From Eledone cirrhosa (lineage: Eukaryota): a DNA stretch of 64,000 nucleotides. The notes beneath the pieces were generated by a model. It was not told the origin of the DNA. It did not search any database and worked only from the letters and a program-made list of their open reading frames with translations. This document shows, piece after piece, positions 62,929-64,000 of the stretch; position 1 is the stretch's first letter; every line of letters begins with the position of its first letter. The translations under genes and the position numbers were made by a program. The stretch covers positions 154,504,001 through 154,568,000 of the forward strand of contig OZ024740.1 of NCBI GenBank assembly GCA_964016885.1, read 5' to 3'.

Positions 62929-63746
62929 TTGTTGTATGATCCGAATGGACAGAATGTCGAATGCGTGATCTTGATAGATGGCGTGGTTGATGCGCTGAAA
63001 GGGCCAGTTTAACTCACGGGATCGTTCTTGCGAATGACCATCCCCATTCCGATCGCATTAATTAGGGAGGTGCCTGGGGAATCTGGATGCCAGATGTTGC
63101 CACTGATCTGGGTTTGATAAGAAATTTATTGGAAGTGGTAGGTTCCAGATTTTCAACCTGTTGGATAACGGTGCCTGAATCGGACTCCGATTTCACCAGG
63201 TTGCCGCTAGAGATAGTATCTTTACAGGTCACGTTTCGGATAAGGGGCTTACCAACTCGAAACGAGCAGATTATGAAGCCGCCCTGCCTTTTGATACCTC
63301 ATCTGTCTAACTTCTCCGATTCCACCTGCGATGGGTAGTAAGCTCTATCCAAGCTACGTTTCACGATTGCATTAAAAGCAGCATGTAGTGTGAGGCTGTC
63401 GATAATATGGCGGTATGGCAATGGGCGGAGTTCAATGTTGTTGAATGTAGAACTGTGATGGTATTTACATTGCTCGAAGATTCGGAGATCAAACCTAAAA
63501 GAATCGCTAATGCAGAGACAGTCGTTGTCTAACGGGGTACAAGTTAACTACAAGCGCCGCTGCGGAGCTGAACGAGCAGGAGTATTCAATGGTGTTGGAC
63601 AAATGAAACGACCGCAGGATGTTAGCCAAATTTGGCCCTAATTTGTGGAAAGTTCTGTGGTGCATAGCATTCTCACACGGCTATTAAGATAGCAGTGACA
63701 CGATCACAATTAAACACTCATAACGTGAATTCTATGTTTATTGTAC

Positions 63747-63829
<83 letters not shown>

Positions 63830-64000
63830 AAAAAGAGATGAAATCGAAAATGCAACTGGAGTCTTATTTTTTGTTTAAATATATATATTTATTTGGTTCC
63901 TTTACAGGTTTCGCAGTTCTTCTGCTTTTCAAAAGGTGAGTTGAGATGGAGGGTCTGTGGTTTTTCTCACATCTGGTTGGTCTCTGAATGTTACTTGTTT

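Overview
Repeat-dense eukaryotic genomic DNA. AT-rich spacers, many (TA)n/(CA)n microsatellites and the SINE families suggest a cephalopod, probably octopus; this is an inference. No conventional multi-exon host gene is recognisable. Main contents: (1) a ~14-kb array of 24-bp units (ca. 820-15010) that reads on the minus strand as mucin-like (TTTTPTTV)n, broken by a few 1-bp indels; (2) an apparently intact Penelope-like retroelement (RT plus GIY-YIG, 21015-24839, minus) with a 3' pseudo-LTR carrying a minimal hammerhead ribozyme and a 182-bp fold-back at its 5' end, plus solo pLTR relics and further hammerhead motifs; (3) five tRNA-Leu(CAG) genes or pseudogenes, two of them in a 2008-bp-period duplication; (4) a head-to-tail run of L1/Tx1-like LINEs (48225-54360) and a decayed inverted copy; (5) RTE fragments, many tRNA-derived SINEs (several with clear TSDs), two non-autonomous Helitrons, MITEs and a 45-bp minisatellite; (6) unclassified long-hairpin elements in TA repeats that share a covarying bulged stem-loop. 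Most short ORFs in the track are microsatellite or antisense artefacts. All alignments and folds were done by eye.
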